DNA from: Clostridia bacterium
GTDB lineage: Bacteria > Bacillota > Clostridia > Christensenellales > UBA1242
Direction: 5' to 3'
DNA length: 64,000 nucleotides
Assembly (NCBI GenBank): GCA_017467625.1
Contig: JAFUSN010000003.1
Span: 193,378 to 257,377 of the forward strand
Position numbers and translations under genes: made by a program. Positions within the stretch are counted from its first letter, which is position 1. Each line of letters opens with the position of its first letter. The notes beneath the pieces were generated by a model. It was not told the origin of the DNA, searched no databases, and saw only the letters and a list, made by a program, of their open reading frames with translations. Shown piece after piece: positions 57,107 to 64,000 of this stretch.

Positions 57107-57448
57107 CTAAATCCGTGAAGATGTCTTGTATAAATCATTTAGTTTATCTTTAATAGATAAAGTATTATTTTTAATATTTTTTTCAATAACTAAATTATTG
57201 ATATTTTCTATTTCGTCAAAAATTTTAGTGGAATGTTCCACCCTTGTTTTTTGGAGAATATTAATTAAATTAACTTTAAAATTGCTAAAAGTATAACAAA
57301 TTTCATTGTTATTTGCAGAATTTAATATCATGAATAATTTTTTCTTATAATTAAATACTAGCTTATAATTTTTATCAATTAAAGTTATTAAATTATAATA
57401 ATTAAATTGATCATTATACTCGACAAATTCATTCGAATTTAGTTTCAT
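57107..57448 (-). CDS. Hypothetical phage protein, 113 aa
   Basis: RBS aaggaa. Located between the capsid gene and the adaptor-sized gene. Confidence 0.5.
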   Translation of the reverse strand: MKLNSNEFVEYNDQFNYYNLITLIDKNYKLVFNYKKKLFMILNSANNNEICYTFSNFKVNLINILQKTRVEHSTKIFDEIENINNLVIEKNIKNNTLSIKDKLNDLYKTSSRI

Positions 57449-57459
57449 TTATTTTTTCC

Positions 57460-58647
57460 TTAAGATTCTTTTATGCCTGTAATTTTTGCTTGACCACTTG
57501 GTTTGTTGCAAATTAAATCAGCATATTTTACAAGTGTGGCTTGATATGTTGGTTTTCCTGGGGTTTGCCTAATTACTCTTCCGTCTTCACCCTCAAGCCA
57601 TTTCCAATCACAAAGTTGGTGTAAATTAAATTCAGATGTATTTAATAAATACATTGTGTTGGCAGGAACAAATTTATCAGAAACAACAGGAATGCCGTTG
57701 TAAGAAATCGCTTTAAAACCACCTTCCAAATTTAAAATATCAATGTTGCTTCTGTATGATGCAAGATATGATTGATAATTTCTTTTAACTCCTGCTGAAC
57801 ATACAATAAAGTCAACTTTACTGTCTGCATTTTCATCAAGTTCATCAATAGCTTTTTGCATGGCTACTTCTGTTATATCTGCATTTGTTCCACCTGTTGA
57901 AATATCTTTCATATATGGAACCATCCAACTGTATGTTGATCTGTCAAGTCCATAGAGACTTCCAGTTGTTTGGAAAATTGCACCAAGTCCTGTAATTTCA
58001 TTGTTATATGATCCTTGAACACAGAGTTTATAACCTGTTTGATAAGCATTTGCAGTGAATGAAGCGGATGTGAAATATACTTTTTTATTGATTCTATCAA
58101 TTGATTTGATTCTAAGTGACGATGCACCGGTTGCTACCACTCCTGAGGTGGAAACAATATCAACAACCATTCCTTCAATTAAATTTTTAACTGAATCAAC
58201 AGTTACATTGTTTGTTCCATTTGCTGAAATTGATGCCAAAAAACCTGTTCCATCACCATATAACATTCTTCCAAAGTTAAATGTGCTTGCTTTAACAAGT
58301 CCGTCCATTTCTGCATTCAAAAGGTTAACAAATGCACCGGCAGAATTTTCTGAAGCACGAATTGCTTTGTCACTAATTTCAAGTTTTCCATAAAGGTTTT
58401 TAAGTGTTAAGACAAATTGAGCATAGTTATTGCTTGCTGATTCAGGAAGTTCGCCGTCTTCTGTTCCCGCTCCAATTCCTCCATTAATTCCATATGGAGC
58501 AAATTTTCTAATTTCCTTTCCCCAAACATCAGCTGTTGTTTGATTGATTCTTGCAAGTAATGGATTGATGTTTGTGTTTAATTGATTTGCGACAACGCCA
58601 AGATACACTTCTTTTAATGCGCTGTCGGCTGTTTGTAAAGTTACCAT
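57460..58647 (-). CDS. Major capsid protein (probable HK97 fold)
   Basis: 395 aa, directly after the scaffold gene, strong RBS (aggaga), Gly/Ala/Thr-rich composition typical of capsid proteins. It is the most GC-rich ORF in the cluster. Confidence 0.65.
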   Translation of the reverse strand: MVTLQTADSALKEVYLGVVANQLNTNINPLLARINQTTADVWGKEIRKFAPYGINGGIGAGTEDGELPESASNNYAQFVLTLKNLYGKLEISDKAIRASENSAGAFVNLLNAEMDGLVKASTFNFGRMLYGDGTGFLASISANGTNNVTVDSVKNLIEGMVVDIVSTSGVVATGASSLRIKSIDRINKKVYFTSASFTANAYQTGYKLCVQGSYNNEITGLGAIFQTTGSLYGLDRSTYSWMVPYMKDISTGGTNADITEVAMQKAIDELDENADSKVDFIVCSAGVKRNYQSYLASYRSNIDILNLEGGFKAISYNGIPVVSDKFVPANTMYLLNTSEFNLHQLCDWKWLEGEDGRVIRQTPGKPTYQATLVKYADLICNKPSGQAKITGIKES

Positions 58648-58655
58648 AAAATCTC

Positions 58656-59237
58656 CTATTTAAGCATTTTTGAAAATATTTCCCCTGCCTCTTTAATCGT
58701 TTTTGGTTTTTCAGATTCAACAATATAAACATTAGTTGAATTTCCTGAAATTAATTTTGGCGTTTGAGGAATATTGTTGATTTTTGATAAATATTCAGCA
58801 ATAATTTTTGTTTTTAGAGCTTCATTGTTGCTTAAGTATTCATCAATAAATTTTGAATCATTTAAAATATTTGCAGACCTTTCATTTGCTTGATTAATTA
58901 CAGCTAATCCAATGTCAAACTTATTTGGTAAATTTTGAAAAAGTTCATTATTTACAATTTGTAATATTTCTTCTTTCTTATCTTCTGAGTTTGTTCGTTT
59001 TAAAAAATCATCAATATTTTCTTCTTTATTAAAAAGTGCATTTTCATTAAATTCTTTTTCAATTTCAGCCAATTTTTGACTTTTTCTAGTAAATTCTGCT
59101 TCTAAATTTGTGTAAGCATCTAAAAGGTTTTTTACATTTTTAAACTTTCCAAATGTAGAGCCATTATTGCTTTCTAATTCATTTTGTGCACTGTTTTGAT
59201 TAGAAATATTTTCTGGTTGTTCTACTAATTCTTCCAT
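58656..59237 (-). CDS. Capsid scaffolding protein
   Basis: 193 aa, acidic with coiled-coil character (LLDAYTNLEAEFTRKSQKLAEIEKEF), positioned between portal and capsid. Confidence 0.55.
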   Translation of the reverse strand: MEELVEQPENISNQNSAQNELESNNGSTFGKFKNVKNLLDAYTNLEAEFTRKSQKLAEIEKEFNENALFNKEENIDDFLKRTNSEDKKEEILQIVNNELFQNLPNKFDIGLAVINQANERSANILNDSKFIDEYLSNNEALKTKIIAEYLSKINNIPQTPKLISGNSTNVYIVESEKPKTIKEAGEIFSKMLK

Positions 59238-59238
59238 A

Positions 59239-61107
59239 TTATTCTCCTAAAAATTTTTTATGTTCATTGATATGTTGTAAGAGTTTTTTCTCAAAATTCG
59301 TATCAAAGTCCTCATCTTTTAATGTAATTAAAAATTTAATATGTTCATTAATGTGAATTTTGTGATCATCAATTTCAAGTGGTGAATTTAGTTTAATTAG
59401 TTTTAAATTTTCTTTCTGGGCTCTTTCTTTTTGACATTCATCAATGCTTTTTTCAGTTACCCAATCTTTAAATCCGAAAAGATCTAAAAGTTTTGATTTG
59501 TTAGTTTCTAAAATTTTTCCATTTGAATCATTAAACAATCCTTTTTCAAGAAGTTTAATGGCGAGTTCCTCTTTTGTGGATGCATCATCAAGTAGTTCAT
59601 TTTTAGTTTCAAAAATCACATCGTCACTTGTTATGTTACTATTGTTCCAATAATATATTTTTATTTTTCCATTTTTATCAGTAATAGAATCAAGACGGTT
59701 TTGTGTTGTGAACTGTTTATAAAGCTTAATTAAGAAAACGCCCACTTTTTTAATTGAATCGCGAATATATTCCGCAGTTAGTGATAAACGAGATTCGTCT
59801 TGTTTAATTAGCATAGATAGAGCCGAACCGCTATTTATTCCAGATGGAATGCTTGAATTTGTTGTTACATCGCTTATGCAGCTTAGATTGTTTATTTCAT
59901 TCAAAAGATTTTTTTCTTCATCTTCGAGTTCATTTGGAACAGTTCCTGGTTGAATGAATTCAGGTGGATGTGATCCGTTTCTATAAATCAAAATTTTGCC
60001 AGGAGCTAGACCCTCATCTTCTAAATTATTGACATCTACTGAACCATCTTCAACACTTAAAACACCACTTGCAAGTCTTGCAATAAATTCATGTTTTTTA
60101 TTTTTTATCGCATTGTATGTTCGTTGCAATGGAATACATCTTTCAATAACACTGATACCCCAAAAACATGAAAGTTGTTTTGTTGAAACTTGCTTAACAA
60201 AAGGATATGAATATGAATTGTTTTTTCCAATTTTATATGGCAAATCACCATCATATAACAGGATATTTTTTGCAGTTATTGTTAATCTTCCATTTGGTCT
60301 TTTCTGTGTTGGTTTTTCATATTTTTCAACAACTAAAATATGATTGTGTTTTGGTGAGTGAATTAATTTTGAAATATTACTTCTCCCAGAAAAACCAGAA
60401 ATTAATGTATTGGTTGCAATTTCAAATGTATCAACATCTTCTCCAGTTAACTTAACTCCCCAAGTTTCGTTAACAATATCAACGGGATATGCCCTTGCTT
60501 CAATTATTGATGCGCAGTCATCAATTTCAATAGAACTATTTGAATCTGGATATATTTCAAATGGTGAGCATACAGAAATTACAGCATCTCCAGATTTTAT
60601 GTAATTATTTGAATTTTGATCATTTGCGATTATTGGGCCAATTTCATTATCCCATGAGACCTTATAAAAACTTGTTCCAGTAATTTCACTCCATGCTGTG
60701 GCTGATGAAATTAATGTATCAAAATTATTGCTATCTAAGGCATAATTTAAAATTGATTTTGTTAGTTCTGCAGCTGCAACATCATTTTCAGATGAACTTG
60801 ATGGCCTAACTGTTAAATTGGGCTTAATTTTTGATAGTTTTGCAAGTCTAGTTTCAATGACTGGTGCAATGTGATTAAAAACTTCTCGGTTTTCCCAATA
60901 ATAATTTTTTTCAATATCTAAAATTTCTCCCGTTGAAGAAATATAGCTAAACTGATTACCAATATAGTAATTCATATTTAAGCCCCATGTTAGCTCATAA
61001 ACTCTTCTTTCTTCTTGTCTTCTTTTTAAGTCTTCATTAATTGCACTGACAATAACTTCGTCTTCCTCTTTAGAATAAAAAAATTTTTGATTACTCTTTT
61101 GTTTCAT
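59239..61107 (-). CDS. Portal protein
   Basis: 622 aa, in the position between terminase and scaffold. No other candidate of portal size is present. Confidence 0.6.
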   Translation of the reverse strand: MKQKSNQKFFYSKEEDEVIVSAINEDLKRRQEERRVYELTWGLNMNYYIGNQFSYISSTGEILDIEKNYYWENREVFNHIAPVIETRLAKLSKIKPNLTVRPSSSSENDVAAAELTKSILNYALDSNNFDTLISSATAWSEITGTSFYKVSWDNEIGPIIANDQNSNNYIKSGDAVISVCSPFEIYPDSNSSIEIDDCASIIEARAYPVDIVNETWGVKLTGEDVDTFEIATNTLISGFSGRSNISKLIHSPKHNHILVVEKYEKPTQKRPNGRLTITAKNILLYDGDLPYKIGKNNSYSYPFVKQVSTKQLSCFWGISVIERCIPLQRTYNAIKNKKHEFIARLASGVLSVEDGSVDVNNLEDEGLAPGKILIYRNGSHPPEFIQPGTVPNELEDEEKNLLNEINNLSCISDVTTNSSIPSGINSGSALSMLIKQDESRLSLTAEYIRDSIKKVGVFLIKLYKQFTTQNRLDSITDKNGKIKIYYWNNSNITSDDVIFETKNELLDDASTKEELAIKLLEKGLFNDSNGKILETNKSKLLDLFGFKDWVTEKSIDECQKERAQKENLKLIKLNSPLEIDDHKIHINEHIKFLITLKDEDFDTNFEKKLLQHINEHKKFLGE

Positions 61108-61270
61108 TTTTATAACTATTCCTTTTAAATAAACTTGTTAATTCTTTAAAACAATTTTCACATAGATATATGTTTCCTTTGTAACTATTTGTAACTAATT
61201 CATATGTGCATGTTTGGTTGCATAAAACAGTGTCACATTTTGCAAATGAATTAATTTTATTAAGAATCAT
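61091..61270 (-). CDS. Unlisted 59-aa Cys-rich (zinc-ribbon-like) protein
   Basis: The ATG lies 7 nt after GAGGAGA. The peptide is MILNKINSFAKCDTVLCNQTCTYELVTNSYKGNIYLCENCFKELTSLFKRNSYKNETKE, with Cx4Cx3C and CxxC motifs. It overlaps the stop of the upstream gene and the start of the portal gene, and is just under the 60-aa cutoff of the ORF track. Confidence 0.55.
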   Translation of the reverse strand: MILNKINSFAKCDTVLCNQTCTYELVTNSYKGNIYLCENCFKELTSLFKRNSYKNETKE

Positions 61271-61691
61271 TTTTAATCTCCTCTAATAATTTGCTTTTTA
61301 GTTCAATAAGTTCATTGTTGCTAAGTTGTTTTATCTCATCACCTTCTACCTCCTTCGCAAAAATTTCAAGAAGAGTTTTAATAGCGAGCATGTCAGGCGG
61401 AATATAATGCGTGGTAATTTTTTTCTTAGATAAAGTAAGCGAGCTAGAGATTTCATTTCTTGTTTTTTCTGTTTCATTTTCTATTTTAATTTTATCACAT
61501 AAACCCATAGAATTTTGAGCACTCGTGCCATCAAAATCAAAAAATGACATGTTTTTAATGTTTTTAAAGTCATTTTTTGCGTTTTTATTAAAATTTTCAT
61601 ATTCAAGCTGTTCTTCAGTATATGAAAATCCTTTTGCACGTTTTATTAAGAGTTCTATTAAGTCTTTATTAGTAAATTTTTTGTTTTTCAT
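61260..61691 (-). CDS. Terminase small subunit-like protein
   Basis: LIKRAKGFSYTEEQ and KKITTHYIPPDMLAIKTLLE resemble the G.Y.E...K..K..PPD..A..F.LKN pattern of some Firmicute phage TerS proteins, recalled from memory. The gene overlaps the TerL stop. Confidence 0.4.
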   Translation of the reverse strand: MKNKKFTNKDLIELLIKRAKGFSYTEEQLEYENFNKNAKNDFKNIKNMSFFDFDGTSAQNSMGLCDKIKIENETEKTRNEISSSLTLSKKKITTHYIPPDMLAIKTLLEIFAKEVEGDEIKQLSNNELIELKSKLLEEIKNDS

Positions 61692-63111
61692 TTCGTTTTA
61701 GTGACCTTACTAATTTTTCTTTATCACGTTGAATTTCAGTTAAATATCTTTTTTCTAAATTCTGCGCTGGCAGATTCATGATGTAGTAGCGAAGTTCGTC
61801 AAGAGAGTGGTCATCAATTTTGATTGGATTGTCACCGCCACCCCATCTATATGTTTTAAATTCACGAATTAAATTTTTACATGATGAAAAAATAAACAAT
61901 TTTGTTTTGCCGTCAATGCTTTTTAAAAATGTCTTAACTTTTGATATTCCAGCAAGTAAATTTTTATTTACATTTGTATTACATAAAATTCCATTTTCAT
62001 AAAATAATTCTGCAACGCTTTTTGGGCTGGATAATGTTTTTTGATTTGCTGCTGAATCAATTAAGCATTCAATCATGCCGTTTCTAGCTTTTTTCCATGA
62101 AAGTGATGCTGAAATTTCCTTTATCCTATTTGAATGATATTCAATGGTTTGATTTGATTCGTAATGTTCTGCAATTACATATACATTATTATCATAATCT
62201 TTTGCGTACCAATGGCATGAAAGCGGGTTTGATAGTCCTGGGTCAATCGAAATAATATCTTGCCAATCTGCTGGAATTTCAAATGGTTCAATAACATGTG
62301 TTTCAATTTCAAATTCTGAATAAACCAAACCACAGTCTTTTAAGTAAAATTTACCATCTTTTCTTGTTGCTAGTTCATCAGCTGAAAGTGATGCGGATAG
62401 TCTTTTTATTTCAGCTTTGTTTAAATACGGATTATCTTCCCAAGACATAAACTGAAAATATACTTCAGGATCATTATTTTTATTTAGGTAAATTTCATTA
62501 TAAATGAATGACAAACCTTTAAGAGGTGTCATTGTTCCAAAAATTTCACCACTTCTATCCATGATGCGCATTTTGCATTCATTATAAATATCTTCAGGTG
62601 GTTCTTCATCAAACCAGACAAAATCCAGACTTGCTCCTTGAAATTTTTCCCTGCCTTCCTCACATGACTTAAACCAAATTTTACTTATATTTCCGAATGA
62701 GTTTATTACACTAATAGATTCAATTACTCCAAATTCAGGTGCTTCACGTTTTCCGGATATCATCGTTATGTTTTTAATTGTATTTTTAGGTAGATATTTT
62801 AAAATCTTGGCTTGTGCAACTTCTTTTTGAACTCTTGTGGATAAACTTACAACCCAACATTCAGTTTGAGGCTTGTTTTTTCTAAAGGGGTGGATTCCAA
62901 GTGAAAGCCAAATTGTTTCAACTGCCCCGCATTCGGTTTTTCCGGTTCTATTTCCACCAAACACCCACCTATTTCTTTTTTGTGATTGATGAAACATAAG
63001 TTGCTTTTGATGAATAATTTTCCCTGTGTTGTATCTTGAAAGGTTTAATAAATTTCTAACGTTAATTTCTTTTTGAATTTTTAATAATTTAATTATTTTT
63101 ATTTTATCCAT
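61669..63111 (-). CDS. Terminase large subunit
   Basis: Walker A FGGNRTGKTECG, Walker B LDFVWFDEEPP, C-terminal nuclease-type acidic residues (ISIDPG, DDHSLDELRY), 480 aa. Confidence 0.85.
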   Translation of the reverse strand: MDKIKIIKLLKIQKEINVRNLLNLSRYNTGKIIHQKQLMFHQSQKRNRWVFGGNRTGKTECGAVETIWLSLGIHPFRKNKPQTECWVVSLSTRVQKEVAQAKILKYLPKNTIKNITMISGKREAPEFGVIESISVINSFGNISKIWFKSCEEGREKFQGASLDFVWFDEEPPEDIYNECKMRIMDRSGEIFGTMTPLKGLSFIYNEIYLNKNNDPEVYFQFMSWEDNPYLNKAEIKRLSASLSADELATRKDGKFYLKDCGLVYSEFEIETHVIEPFEIPADWQDIISIDPGLSNPLSCHWYAKDYDNNVYVIAEHYESNQTIEYHSNRIKEISASLSWKKARNGMIECLIDSAANQKTLSSPKSVAELFYENGILCNTNVNKNLLAGISKVKTFLKSIDGKTKLFIFSSCKNLIREFKTYRWGGGDNPIKIDDHSLDELRYYIMNLPAQNLEKRYLTEIQRDKEKLVRSLKRNEKQKIY

Positions 63112-63132
63112 AAATATATAAAAAAGATTTAT

Positions 63133-63162
63133 TATTATACAAAAATCGCATTTTACATTACA
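63133..63162 (-). promoter_or_regulatory. Possible SigA-type promoter in front of TerL
   Basis: Minus strand reads TTGTAA, 18 nt spacer, TATAAT, 22 nt before the ATG. No Shine-Dalgarno sequence is visible before TerL. Confidence 0.35.
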
Positions 63163-63185
63163 ATTTTATAAAATATAATCCAAGT

Positions 63186-64000
63186 ATGAAGAAATTGATA
63201 ATATTTTTGAATTTTTTAATAGTGATAAATTTTGTAAATTATCCTATAAAAAATACTAATGCAGAATCTCTAACATATGCAAAAGCTTTAAATAATTGTA
63301 CACTTTATAAAACAGTAAATTTATCAAACGACCTCACTGATATTTATTTTGTTATTCCTGAAACTTATTTTGTCGTTATTATAGAAAATGTTTCAGATGA
63401 AGTGATAAAGGTTCAGTATGATAAATTTATTGGTTATGTTCGTGCTGAATCGGTTGTTGTTGCTACATTTATACCAAATGTTAAAACACTACTAGGTGTA
63501 ACATTTGATATTAAAGAAACCTCTGGAACTCAAATTTGGTCATATCCATCATCTGTGTCAGGAACTATTTTAACAACATTATCTGCATCAACAAAAAAAA
63601 TAAATTATATTGCCTATGCATATGGATCAGTGCCAAATGGTGGTGAATCAAATTTATGGTATTTTGTAAGTTACACCCCTGAATTTAATTCAACAAATTA
63701 TTATGAGGGTTATATTTATAGTGAAAATGTTACAAACTTATCACCTATTATTCCTAATGTTGAAAGTAACCCAATTAATGAAACTTTAATTCAAAATATT
63801 ACAAGTGATGACAATGTTCAAAAGCAACCATCTCAGACATTTCAAACATTATTAATTATAGTTATAGCTGTACCAATTATTTTGTTAATTGCGGTTATTT
63901 TGTTGAAAATAACAAAAAAAATTAAAGAAAATGCAGTTTTTAAGCAAAATAATAAAATTGAAAATAAATACAATTCATCAAAGCCTTTGGCTAATAATAT
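63186..64000 (+). CDS. Secreted/membrane-anchored protein with SH3b-like repeats, 3' end outside the window
   Basis: The ATG at 63186 is open to the window end, so the ORF is not in the track. It has a signal-peptide-like N-terminus, two segments of the type I.V.Y....GYV, and a TM helix near residue 225. Confidence 0.6.
   Translation, partial: MKKLIIFLNFLIVINFVNYPIKNTNAESLTYAKALNNCTLYKTVNLSNDLTDIYFVIPETYFVVIIENVSDEVIKVQYDKFIGYVRAESVVVATFIPNVKTLLGVTFDIKETSGTQIWSYPSSVSGTILTTLSASTKKINYIAYAYGSVPNGGESNLWYFVSYTPEFNSTNYYEGYIYSENVTNLSPIIPNVESNPINETLIQNITSDDNVQKQPSQTFQTLLIIVIAVPIILLIAVILLKITKKIKENAVFKQNNKIENKYNSSKPLANN

Larger units (their letters stand above)
51311..63111 (-). mobile_element. Phage-derived morphogenesis operon: podovirus-like head plus short-tail gene set, either a cryptic prophage late region or a domesticated particle
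   Basis: Thirteen co-oriented ORFs run from TerL to a holin-like gene. Several junctions overlap by 4 nt. The region is markedly more AT-rich than its flanks, and no lysogeny or replication genes are present inside the window. Confidence 0.75.

Noticed and set aside
1-64000. Alternative genetic code (TGA as Trp, as in Mollicutes), suggested by the low GC content and reduced gene blocks.
   Set aside because: All conserved genes are full length under the standard code with normal termini, so no recoding is needed.

Overview
Low-GC Firmicute-type chromosome segment using the standard genetic code: conserved genes are full length with TGA as stop. About 90 percent is densely packed housekeeping DNA, almost all on the minus strand from about 7.8 kb onward. 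Two blocks follow the Bacillus subtilis gene order as I recall it. One is rpoZ-priA-def-fmt-rlmN-rpe-spoVM, facing rpmB / asp23-yloV-recG. The other is lepA-hemW-hrcA-grpE-dnaK-dnaJ-rsmE-mtaB-rpsU, with a CIRCE operator. Other content includes an alaS-proS pair, dapA-ddh, a four-tRNA operon (Val, Gly, Cys, Leu), a compact RNase P RNA, pro-sigma-K, RNase J, HelD, RarA, PcrA and LigA. sigK and an unlisted 24-codon spoVM gene point to an endospore-former with an apparently streamlined genome. There are two non-routine regions. (1) 51.3-63.1 kb is a very AT-rich, translationally coupled phage-derived operon: TerL, TerS-like protein, Zn-ribbon peptide, portal, scaffold, major capsid, adaptor-sized protein, four orphan beta-rich proteins and a holin-like protein. 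No integrase, repressor, replication, tape-measure, sheath, prohead protease or endolysin gene is visible in the window. This is my best candidate for a novel system: a podovirus-like cryptic prophage late region or a domesticated particle. (2) 4.5-7.8 kb holds an orphan HExxH protein, a 660-bp ORF-free region and an XerS-like tyrosine recombinase. The ORF-free region contains a perfect 15-4-15 palindrome (readable as 11-6-11), and its 12-nt arm recurs just upstream of the recombinase gene. This region sits where gene orientation switches, so it may be a dif/terminus region. Other oddities are a membrane-tethered PadR regulator with a roughly 480-aa acidic linker and an AlaRS lacking the C-Ala domain. 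No CRISPR array, rRNA gene or transposase was seen. Coordinates of non-CDS features were counted by hand and may be off by 1-2 nt.
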